Translations under genes and position numbers: made by a program
Shown: one piece after another, positions 12,729 through 22,225 of the stretch
Position numbering within the stretch: the stretch's first letter is position 1
Layout: the number at the start of each line of letters is the position of its first letter
Origin: Cenococcum geophilum
Taxonomy: Eukaryota
DNA length: 64,000 bases
Assembly: GCA_050273025.1 (NCBI GenBank)
Contig: CP158635.1
Location: 23,684,001-23,748,000, forward strand
Direction of reading: 5' to 3'
The notes under the pieces: generated by a model
What the model was told of the DNA's origin: nothing
The model's input: only the letters and a program-made list of their open reading frames with translations
The model's database searches: none

Positions 12729-13436
12729 CGGGGTGCAGCTAAGCGTGGTCACGGAAAAGTTGAACGTGGTCACCAAATGTGGGTCGGGGAAAGCTGAGCG
12801 TGGTCACCGATGGAGCGCCGGAAAAAGGTCGGCGGTACCACACTTTTAGCCATACAGAACGCGCATCAGTAGCCACAATTTACTTTAGCGACCGTATGCA
12901 CTGAATATGTGATGCATATGCTGAGCATATACACGCACATATAAGAATATATCGCGGTATTAAAACGGCTTATTAGTAGGTGTTTGCTGAGCATACACGT
13001 AGCATATACTCAGTATATTCTCAGTATATTCTTAGCATATGCTTAGCAAACACTATAGTATAGCCTACCTTATATAGAACACAAAGGTAATACTTTAGAG
13101 AGTAGTATAGGGAGTAAGATCTCTTTAATATAAAGATAGAATTGGTAGAGTGTATAGAGTAAGCATATGCTCTGTGTATGTTAAGACTATACATCGCATA
13201 TACAGAATATTTTAATAACTTAGTTTGTTTATTTTATTATTGCATATACCCCGCATATGCCTAGCATACAACTTTTATTTTTTATTTATTAAATACTTTA
13301 AATTCTATTAAAAATTTTATTTTGGTTTGTATATGCGCTACATATGCATAAAGCTCAGCGTGGTTAGAAGTTGAGCGTGGTCAGAAATGTTCTGACCACG
13401 CCGAGCTTTTCCGTGACCACGCCGAGCCACCACCCC
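12729..13436. mobile_element. 708-bp non-autonomous TIR element (MITE-like; 9-bp TSD suggests Mutator, 8-bp reading suggests hAT)
   Basis: AATTGGGGA is duplicated at 12720-12728 and 13437-13445. Imperfect TIRs GGGGTG..GCGTGGTCACGGAAAAG. Repeated GCGTGGTCA motif and an AT-rich core. Removing the element restores transposase codons MDHG-IGEEDTWNMDE. Confidence 0.88.
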
Positions 13437-13437
13437 A

Positions 13438-14342
13438 ATTGGGGAGGAAGATACTTGGAATATGGACGAAGCTAGCTTCCGCGTCGGCTGTGGTGGGCAG
13501 CAGATCGTAGTTACTCTGGCCACCACACTCCTCGCGTTCAAGAAGGCCAGAAATCTACTACTGTGGGCACCCAAACGAATCGCGACTATCTCACGGCTGT
13601 GGAGGCGATATCTGCTGGTGGAATAGTGCTGCCGCCGATGCTTATCATAAAGGCGAAACAGCATCTTTTCCAGTGGTATAATTGCACCTACATCCCGAAG
13701 CCGTATCACATGGGGGTCTCCGACTCAGGCTACGTCAACGATGAGCCAATGCTGGATTGGATCAAGCACTTTGACAAATTCAGCGCGATGAAGCAGCAGG
13801 GTGAGTGGCGGCTTCTCATCGTTGATAGATGTGGAAGCCACATGACGATCGAGTTTATCGACTACTGCTGGGAGCAAAAGATTCATCCATTTAATCTTCC
13901 ATCGCACACGAGTCACATACTCCAGCCGCTCGATGTTGGCGTACAAGCACTACCACAAGAAGTACGCAGTAGAACGAAAGGTTGAATTCCTCTCTGAAGT
14001 GAAGCACATCCGCCACCAGACGTTCAAGCAACAATCAAAACAGCCTTTAGAAAAGCAGGCCTCTGGCCACTTAACCCCCATGAGGTGCTCAATAAACTAC
14101 CTCCACTATCGCGCGAGCAGACCCTCGAAGAGATACCCTTCCGTTCCTTAAGCCCTCCTACGCCTTTTACGCCAGTCTCAACCTATAAGTTCGCGACGAA
14201 GATATTGGAAAGCGATCATCCATATAAACCCTACGTTATTCAGCGCTACGTGCTTGGCAGCTACTCACAAATTCGACACGGAGAGGTGGTGGAGCGGGAT
14301 CTCAAGGCCGCACGGAGCGCTGCCGCAGAGCGACAAAAATGA
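13438..14342 (+). pseudogene. Fot1/pogo DDE transposase remnant (frameshifted)
   Basis: Motifs WNMDEASF, NRDYLTAVEAISAGGIVLPPMLIIK, SGYVND, RLLIVDRCGSH and LPSHTSHILQPLDVG. Frame changes near 13550 and 13940; N-terminal HTH region missing. Confidence 0.9.
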
Positions 14343-15249
14343 CAAAGTGATCGCCGAGTAGTACAAAAATATGGCACAATCTACGCAGGCGACGCCCGGC
14401 TCACTATTGCAAAGTGGAAGGCAGAAGATGAGGAAGCTACTGTGAGAAAGGCTGCGAAGGCTACGGGGGAGCCCGCGAAGGAGGACCTGTCACCTTCAAG
14501 GCCTAGCGGCATCTTTATACAATGGGATCCAGCCAATCAGAAATGGTTCTATAGAAGTCGAATAGCCTCGTTTTTGTTCTATCGAAAAACCACAAAAAAA
14601 ATGCGTTGTTGGGTCGTGCATCCATTTCTGTACACTTTTTGGTGGTGGGTGATGCGTTCAACTCGGCAGGGCTAGTTCGGCAGAACTAGCAGGGGCTAAC
14701 GTTACTCGCACTTGGTCACGTAATTAGCCGCCGCCAGCAGCCTTGGTGGTCGCTCCATCTCATCATACAACGAGAGAGCAAAGCCTCCAGGACGCCGACT
14801 CCAACAACCTCGTAGCGAAGTGCCAGGCTGTTTTAATTATGACTTTAAGAATCGAGTCTCTCGCTGAGTCAGCTGCAAATAACGGAGCTGGATGGGAGTG
14901 TGTTACAACCACGCACGGGCTAATGAACGACCAGCACCGCAGGAGCTTCTCGCTAGGCAGAGCTTGAGCTCCAACTTGCTCACCACAACCTCCCCTCATA
15001 CCTCCCCCAGTTCACCATACCACTCTCGCCCGCACAATCTCGCTACGCGTCCTTCACGCAGTGCGACTCTCCTTTATCGTCATGGCACTCTTCGCAAGCG
15101 GCAACGGCGGCTCGAGGTTGGTCGACCTTCTCTGGCCTTACCGAACTCGCTGCTCCCCTTCGTCAATGCCTTCGACGCCAGCCACGTCCGAGGTCCAGAC
15201 GCTATTTGACCACATCATCCAGCACAAGTCGACCAAGCAAGGCCCCTCT

Positions 15250-15882
15250 GTTAAATGCGTGCTCTGCATAACAGCCGTCTACGCCATTTTCCCCATTGCA
15301 GCGGGGTTGCGCCTTCCCGATAGTGTTGGGATGACTGGGTAAGCTGCACAATCGCCGACGGCTTTTGGAGCCACGTCTAACTTCTAGAGCAGGCCTGACT
15401 GCTCCATGCGAGCCGCCAGCCCGTCCCCATCCCTTCAGCAAGGCAACGCTGCCGCCTCCCCTCATATTTCGTTACTTGGGTCGTCACCACCCGTGGGGCA
15501 CGCGAGCGGCCCGGCCTCGCATCTAGATGCGACTCAAGGCCTGGGGGCTATTACTGGCCTTGGCCCTGACAGCCAGGCATTTGACTTGGCCCAGAATGGG
15601 CGAGGAGACTTTGACTATTCCATTGTTGATAGGCCATCGGCTCAGCGAGGCAGTCCTAAGCACAGGTGCCTTGGTCGAGTCCAGTCCCAGAGGAGAAGCA
15701 GCTCGCTATCTGAATATTACCCCCGGACATCAATGCCTAGTCCACGTAAGAGGACCCGTTCTCCTGCACAAAAATCGCTGACGTTTATGGATGAACAGCC
15801 CTCGGCGACGTTCCCTCTCCGCTTTCTCCGTCGTCCTTCTGGAGACGCGCTCTTCCGTGGTCCAGCTAACACCCTCTCATAA
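15250..15882 (+). pseudogene. Possible degraded gene with a Cys-rich (Zn-cluster-like) segment and low-complexity tail
   Basis: Clean intron signals GTAAGC (15339)...CTAAC..TAG (15387). With one frameshift the sequence reads KCVLC...HCSGVAPSR*CWDDW/SRPDC, then enters ORF 15406-15882. Confidence 0.25.
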
Positions 15883-16196
15883 GTTTCTTCCGCACTGAAA
15901 TGTACATACAAGTACATATATTATTATGGGAGTTGGATGGAGCTATGGATACCTTGCATTCTGGTACATCCATACCACAAGGCGTTATCTGGCTTTGGAC
16001 ACGGAAATACCCCAGAAGATGGAAATGTAATTTCATAAGGCCTCATGCAATGATATACGTAGTCCGAATATACGAGCATCGAGACTCTGATAACATGTTG
16101 ATATACCACGTAATGAATATGTTACTGTTGTCAATTCAACATGTAATCATACCTAGGTAAACTCGACTGTTTTTCACAGGCGCTATGGTGGTTTTA

Positions 16197-16342
16197 CAAG
16201 GGGGTGACATGAGCGGGCTGCCCGCCCTCCCTGCAAGTTTTGGTGGTATTATAGTAGCGTCCCACTAAAATGCTGCTAATATGGTTATAATGCCACCAAA
16301 ACTTGCAGGGAGGGCGGGCAGCCCGCTCATGTCACCCCCTTG
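16197..16342. mobile_element. 146-bp MITE (Tc1/mariner-type, TA TSD)
   Basis: About 57-bp inverted arms CAAGGGGGTGACATGAGCGGGCTGCCCGCCCTCCCTGCAAGTTTTGGTGG(T/C)ATTATA with one mismatch, flanked by TA at 16195-16196 and 16343-16344. Confidence 0.92.
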
Positions 16343-16656
16343 TAGCACCTCCGCTTAGGTTTTCCAATCCTGCCCCTAAGCCTTTGATTCTTTCCTTTGC
16401 TTAAAAGAGCATATAGCGCAGATTACTATTTCCCTTCTCAAGGTGAGACTATAACTAGGGCTCGTATTCTAACCGATCCGCCCTTTCTGCTCGGCCTAGA
16501 ATACGAAGGACAGTTGTGTGCTAGTGGAAATTCTCTTATGGATAACTCATTACTTTAACATGGTTTTAGTGGTTTGGAAGCCTTCAGTCTGATTGTCTAC
16601 ATGCCCTTTGAATTGACTGGAGACATTGAACGAGAATGAATTGATTAATCCAGATT

Positions 16657-19600
16657 TCATATGCGAAAGCAGCCACTCCAATGCACCAAACAGACAGACA
16701 GTGAGATCAGGATACCAAGAAGCCATATCGATAATCCCATAATGTTGTTTTCGGCGGTATCAGTCTCCAAGACGACAGAGTGAGAATCATCGTTCAGGCA
16801 GTATTGTTTGTCAATGTCACCAGCGGCTGCATATTGACCATCTCTTTCATATGCGTCTTTGAGCAAATACGCGCAAGTGCGAGTATCCCCATGATTTTCT
16901 CCATACCGCTCTCTATGCCATTCAAGTAGCTGTTTCAATAGTTGAATAGCTCCGCACCGAAGATGATCTTGACGCATTCGAATCCAAATGCGAGCAATTT
17001 TACAGTTAATATTCCACAACCCTTTCTCACTCCAGGAGCGGTCGACGGCCTTGTTCTCAGCTTCAATGGCTCTCAATCGCGTAAGGTGGATATCACACGC
17101 CTTGCCCAGCCTTTCTTGCGTGCCAATCTCGAAGAGAACGTCAGCAATTTCATCGTCAACTTCCATAACCCACTGTGTCTCTCCGGGTAACCACTTGGAT
17201 ATGGCTAATCTAGCGTCGTTGAAGTAAGTTTCAGCCCTTTCGAGCTCCTTCTCGGCGTTCTCTGAATGACCCTGACTATTCAAGACCTTGGCACTAGCGA
17301 AGTGAGCCTTCGCTTCCTCGATTTTCAAAAGGATCACAAGACGTTGAACTTTATCGTCTTCTAGACCCATATTGCTCTGCCTAATGAGAGACGGTACTCC
17401 GTTCTGCGTGCTCAGCTGGGTTTCCCGTAAGCCCTTGAGCCGCTGCAAAGCCAGCTTTGGCCGCTTTGATTTGCTGTAGAAATTGGCCAACTCTAAAATG
17501 AGCCACCATCGCTGTTCTACTTCCTTCTCCTTCTCGGACTCCTTGACTAATTCATTCAGAAGTTTCTCGGCTTCCTGTAGATTGTGTTGGGACTTTCTCC
17601 CTAGTGACCAGAAGAGATAAGCTTTGATCAGATTGCGACCGAGCTGGTAATGGTACTTCCGTTCTTTGTAATGCTCATGCGTAAATCTGAGGACGAATAT
17701 GGCGTCATCGTAGCGACCTTCTTCCAGATACACGTGAGAGAACGTGATGACCGACTTAGCCATCCTATCGCTAACGTAGTAGTTGATGAGTCTCTCGAGC
17801 CGATCTCCACGTTCCCTCACAAAATCCAGGAAGCGCTCAAAATGCGGCATAAACCTCAATTTCCAGAGATAGGAGGGCCGTCGAATCTTATTCGATTCTA
17901 ATGCATGTTCATCCCGTTCTTTACCATAAAGCAAGGACAACATGGTGAGAGCTGTCTCGTGGAGCTTTACGAGGCCCATAATACCCATTCGTTTTTCAAT
18001 CCAGTCGCGGACAGCTCTTTGAACGAATTCGCGCATGTAGTAAGTGCCCCTTTCTCCTCTGCCAATCAAGGAACAATTCGCTAGTGTACCAAGCATCTCT
18101 GGGAATTGTGGGTGACTCTCGTAGGTTTGTTCAATCAGTCTGAGCTCCATTTCGTCGTTACTTAAACAAGAGAGTTCGCCAAGGAGCTTTAGTTCTTCAC
18201 TTGGCCATTCTTCAAGCTTCCCTTCGAACCTTGTAGCGTTCGAGGAACTAGAGATCAAAGGGCTGAAGAGCCCATCGTAGAAAGCAGACACAGCGGTTCG
18301 GACTCGCTGGCCATTTCCAGCTGACATATCATTGTACATGTCCAATGCAGGTATGTGATATTTCGTCAAGTACTTCGCCAACATTATGATAGACATGGGT
18401 AGTGACAGTTTGCCGAGCAGATCGTCCAGGTATGCATTTCCCTCTGCCACGAGGTTGTCGGTAATATGCCAACGGAAGATGGATTGACAATCTTCCATCT
18501 CAAGGTAGTCGACATGAAAACACAATTCTTCGCGATTGAGGGGCAGAAAGTGCTCGAGAACAGCCCGATTTTCTGTCGTGATGAGCATCTGACCGCAATC
18601 TGGAGGTAAAAGGCTTTTGAGCTCTGCGGCAACTTCAGGGTGGTCGAGGCCGTCGATGACCATGATCCATAGCCCAGTCTCACAATTCATCAGCCACGCT
18701 TTCACAGCGGCAACGAGAGCTTCTTCTTCTTCGATCTCCGAGGCACGGATGCTAATTTCTTTGGCAATGATACGGAAAGACTTCAGAAAGTTGAAACGAG
18801 TTCCGGCTTCGACCCAGAAAGTGTGTTTCTTATCTCCGCTTTTATCTGTATCCCGGAATCGCGCAGTGTAGCGGTATGCTAGATGGGATTTCCTAGTTTT
18901 ATATAAGTTAAAGGCAGGTCATGTCTTGTGTAGCTGGCTGCTCACCCAATGCCGCTGATGCCATGCAGTCCAACATAGTTTGAGCTTCGGAACCCTTTTC
19001 TAATTTGGTCATCAATTCCATGGCGGCCAAACAAACGATTGAATTTGAAATCGCGGGTCAATTCAAATGAGGCCAGGGTGGAGTAATATTTGTCAACTTT
19101 TCTCTCTCGCTGAGTGAGTTCCGGGGTTGAAGTGGGTGCGTCATAGGACCACTTGTTCTCTTTAAGAATAGCAATCCACCACGGTGCTCGGCGATTAGCA
19201 ATAGCTCTTTGCAAAGGATTGTGCTGATTATCCAGCCTGTTCAGGGGCTCTGTGGACGGTTGAATGATTGTGCGGAGACGCTCTTTGAGATCGTCGTCAT
19301 TTTCACATGGGTGGCGCATTTCGTAAAGATCCATCTCGACTTCCCATGCAAATATCCTTTGGTTTCGATCCCTTAGCATTGCTCTGATGAGCTGGAGAAT
19401 GATGCGAAAAGTTTTATTGCTCTTGTCTTCCTTTAGATGGTCGATCCAGGACTCGACGACCTTGAGGTTATTATGGAAAGACACGTCTTCCTTGGGTCGA
19501 TCTCCGGTATATACGTGCTCTGTGTTTGAAGCTCTCCGACGCTTAAATCCTGGTAAGCCGGCATTTGACCAGCCATACCTGTAGATCGTTGCTAGCTCAA

Positions 19601-20916
19601 GAAAGATGCACCCGAGAGAAAAAACGTCGAACGGGCGGCCATGTTTCTGTTCATCGCCAGCGTCAACACCAACAAAGTATTCCGGAGGTCGGTACGTATA
19701 TGTGCCAAAAACCTTTTCGTGGTTATGTATAGTACCAGTGCCTTCCTCGGGATCTTTGAGATTTGCGTTACCGAAGTCGCAAATTTTCCAAATTGGGCCG
19801 CTTTCTCCAGGCCTGATTTCTCCGGAGAACAATAGGATGTTGCTGGGTTTCAGATCATGATGAAATGCTATCTTCCCATTAATCACGCGATGAATATACG
19901 CCAAGCCCGAGACAAGGTCTTGCATGGCATTATAGACGAACGTGTGACGAGCAGACTCGGTGTCCAGACCGTTAGGCGAACTGTTGCTTTCTAGCCAGGC
20001 TTTCATGTCCCCAGCCTCAGCATGCGGGAACAGCATGTGTAGACATTCTTCCATGTAACTGGGGGTCTCAGGTTCTTCAGCACCGGCGGAGAAACTGACA
20101 AGCAAGGGCACAATATTTCCATGCTTCCGCGCACGAAGGGTGTCGACTTCTTTCATCATCTGTTCCCAAGTATATCCCTCCTCCTTCCTGATAACCTTGT
20201 AAGCCACAATGTCTCCCTGTGGACAGCGTCAGGCAAACATTGCTTTTAAATTTAGCGAAGCAAGTGAACAATGAGAAGGGGGGACAACATCGAACTCTCA
20301 GAACACTTACCGGCCTATAGTGAGGCGCTTTGAGATGTCCATCGGCAATAACTGTCTTGTACACACCTCCCCAGCTTCCGAATTTCGGATCATGTGGCCT
20401 TTCCCTGAAAGGGAAACGAAAGTACTTAGCCGGGTACTTTCGATGAGTTTCGGCGTAGAAAATCGGAGGAATCTCCCATTGTGTCTCATAGACGGGGTCT
20501 GCGATATCCCGAAGCGGCGAACCACGTAAATACTCCATTGTGCAATATGGTCCATGTCCGTCCTGGAAGTGGTTGAATATTGAATCGTCGATAGGCGGCT
20601 TGGAATGGTAGAGCGGTACGATCCGTTGCGGCTGGCCCACCAAGAGAAGAACCGCATAAAGCTTCTCAGCCTTGTTCTTCACGTGCGTCTCCAGTTCATT
20701 CAGTTCTCCCTCATCCACTGTTTTGTTTAGGTGGAATGTTCTCAAGTCTTTCCCAAGACTTCGACGCAGATTTTTGGAGTTATCGGCAGTAAATATCCTG
20801 TGGATAGCCCCAATGGATACAAAGCTAGCATTCCGGCGCTCCACTGTATAACTCAAGCTGTTCATTTCTTTGAGAAGCTCTCCCCTCAAGTCGACTTTCC
20901 GAGGCTTCCTAGTCAT
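16657..20916 (-). CDS. Fungal NLR: Ser/Thr protein kinase - NB-ARC - TPR-like repeats - C-terminal transmembrane helix, 3 exons, 1370 aa
   Basis: Exons 20916-20311, 20216-18946 and 18892-16657 join in frame (4113 nt) over introns of 94 and 53 nt. Kinase motifs FGSWGGVYK, VAYK, HHDLKPSNIL, DFG, YRPPE, DVFSLG. Walker A GISGIGKS spans intron 2; Walker B WIMVIDGLD; GQMLITT; LSLPMSI. TPR-like YGENHGDT. Hydrophobic tail IMGLSIWLLGILISLSVCLV. Confidence 0.92.
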
Positions 20917-21942
20917 GAATGCGAGATTCTACATTACGGTCAATATTCATGCTGATTTAAAGAGGTATATGCCTTACGTACTTGGACATAGAAAATCACA
21001 CAATCTGGATGATTTCGGTGAATGCGTCTTGGAAACTTGTGCAAAATTGGCGCGATCACTCATGTGAAGCCCAAACTAACAAGAGATCGACAATTGAAGA
21101 CGGCACACGGATTGGATGTGGATTTCACGTTTTTCTTTGGGCAATTGTAGAAGTTGGTTAGGTGTCTTGCAACAAGGCTGAGGATCTTGCGAATCGGTGC
21201 GGAAGCGCTGCTTATAGGAAAATTTCAGCCCGTTGCCTTCGGCCTCGGCCTTGTCTGGGGTACGGTGGGCAGGAAACTACAGTAGAAGCTTTCAGCACGG
21301 ATTGCCTTCTTTCTTGGAAAGGATAGACTAAGATAAGATTCGCACAAGTAACACCGGGGCTATCCAAAACCAAGATGCTCGTCAGAATGGTGCGCAGAAA
21401 ATGATCATTGCTGCTTGCCTCCTAAGATTTGAAGGTTCTGCCTCACGTATCAACATACCTGAAGGACCACCCTTGTCACAAATATCGTGTAGCAGATTGT
21501 GATCCTTAAAGGTAACTCAAGGACAGAACTTTGTCATCCAAATTATTCAATCCCTCCGCTCCAAATAAGAGCCATTGTTTCTTTCAGCCGGAAGCAGCCA
21601 ACATATTGATGAGTGCTGCGCGGCTCGCTCTGCGGCTTAAAGACACCAATAGAATCGCCTCGTTTGGCGCCATGGCCTATACTCATCCGGGACCGAGCAA
21701 AAGCAGACCCGGCGGCGATGAATGATGTTTCTAATGTCAGGTAAGGCTTCTCGAATGCTACCGGCAACAGCTTTACATGGGACATACCGACAATGATGCC
21801 TCGTGGGCTCACAAGCGCAACCAAGCCTTGCTCCTGCCTACAACATCCGGCTGAGCGCTTCAGCTGGCCCATTTAACCTGAGGCAAATGAGGCAAAAGAA
21901 CATCTTATGCCATGGAATTATGATTTAGAGTAACATGCCCTA

Positions 21943-22092
21943 GACAAGCATGTTGACACCGTCCGCGATTATCTCCATAAGATCGAGGCCGAGCTTGAGA
22001 ACCTCTGCTAAGATATTCTTGATGTCCTTGACGAGTTCCTCATGCCCAAAGCAGAACCAGGCGACTTAAAGGTGTTCTACTACAAGATGAAG
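21943..22092 (+). pseudogene. 14-3-3 protein gene fragment
   Basis: Translates DKHVDTVRDYLHKIEAELENLC*DILDVLDEFLMPKAEPGDLKVFYYKMK, matching the conserved 14-3-3 segment (KIE.EL..C.DIL.VLD..LIP.A..GESKVFY.KMK). One in-frame stop; no flanking exons recognised. Confidence 0.88.
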
Positions 22093-22094
22093 TG

Positions 22095-22225
22095 TGTCGC
22101 TATATAGGGTCGTTTTAGGGGGTGTCGCTTGTGGGGGGGGTATCGCTTGGGGAGGTAGCGTTTGGGGGAGGGGGGTTACTTAGGGGGGTATTGCTTAAGT
22201 GGTATCGCTTAAGGGGGGTTCCTAT
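22095..22225 (+). repeat. G-tract-rich degenerate repeat (TCGCTT + G-runs)
   Basis: About 7-8 units such as gtcgcttgtgggggggg, tatcgcttggggagg and tatcgcttaagggggg. Confidence 0.8.

Larger units (their letters stand above)
12512..14676 (+). mobile_element. Fot1/pogo-like DNA transposon, internally deleted and interrupted
   Basis: Left end ACTAGCCCTTCCGAGTTGAACGCATCACCC...AATGGATGC..CCCAACAAC is the inverse of the right end GTTGTTGGG..GCATCCATT...GGGTGATGCGTTCAACTCGGCAGGGCTAGT. It encloses a DDE_1 transposase remnant. Confidence 0.88.

Noticed and set aside
14743..15342. Overlapping short ORFs, one with a signal-peptide-like start
   Set aside because: Non-ATG or weak starts, no recognisable domain and mutually overlapping frames.
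21531..21872. ORFs of 64 and 109 aa upstream of the NLR
   Set aside because: No motif or splice support; compatible with chance ORFs.
9200..22100. Starship element call
   Set aside because: No DUF3435 captain or diagnostic termini within the window.
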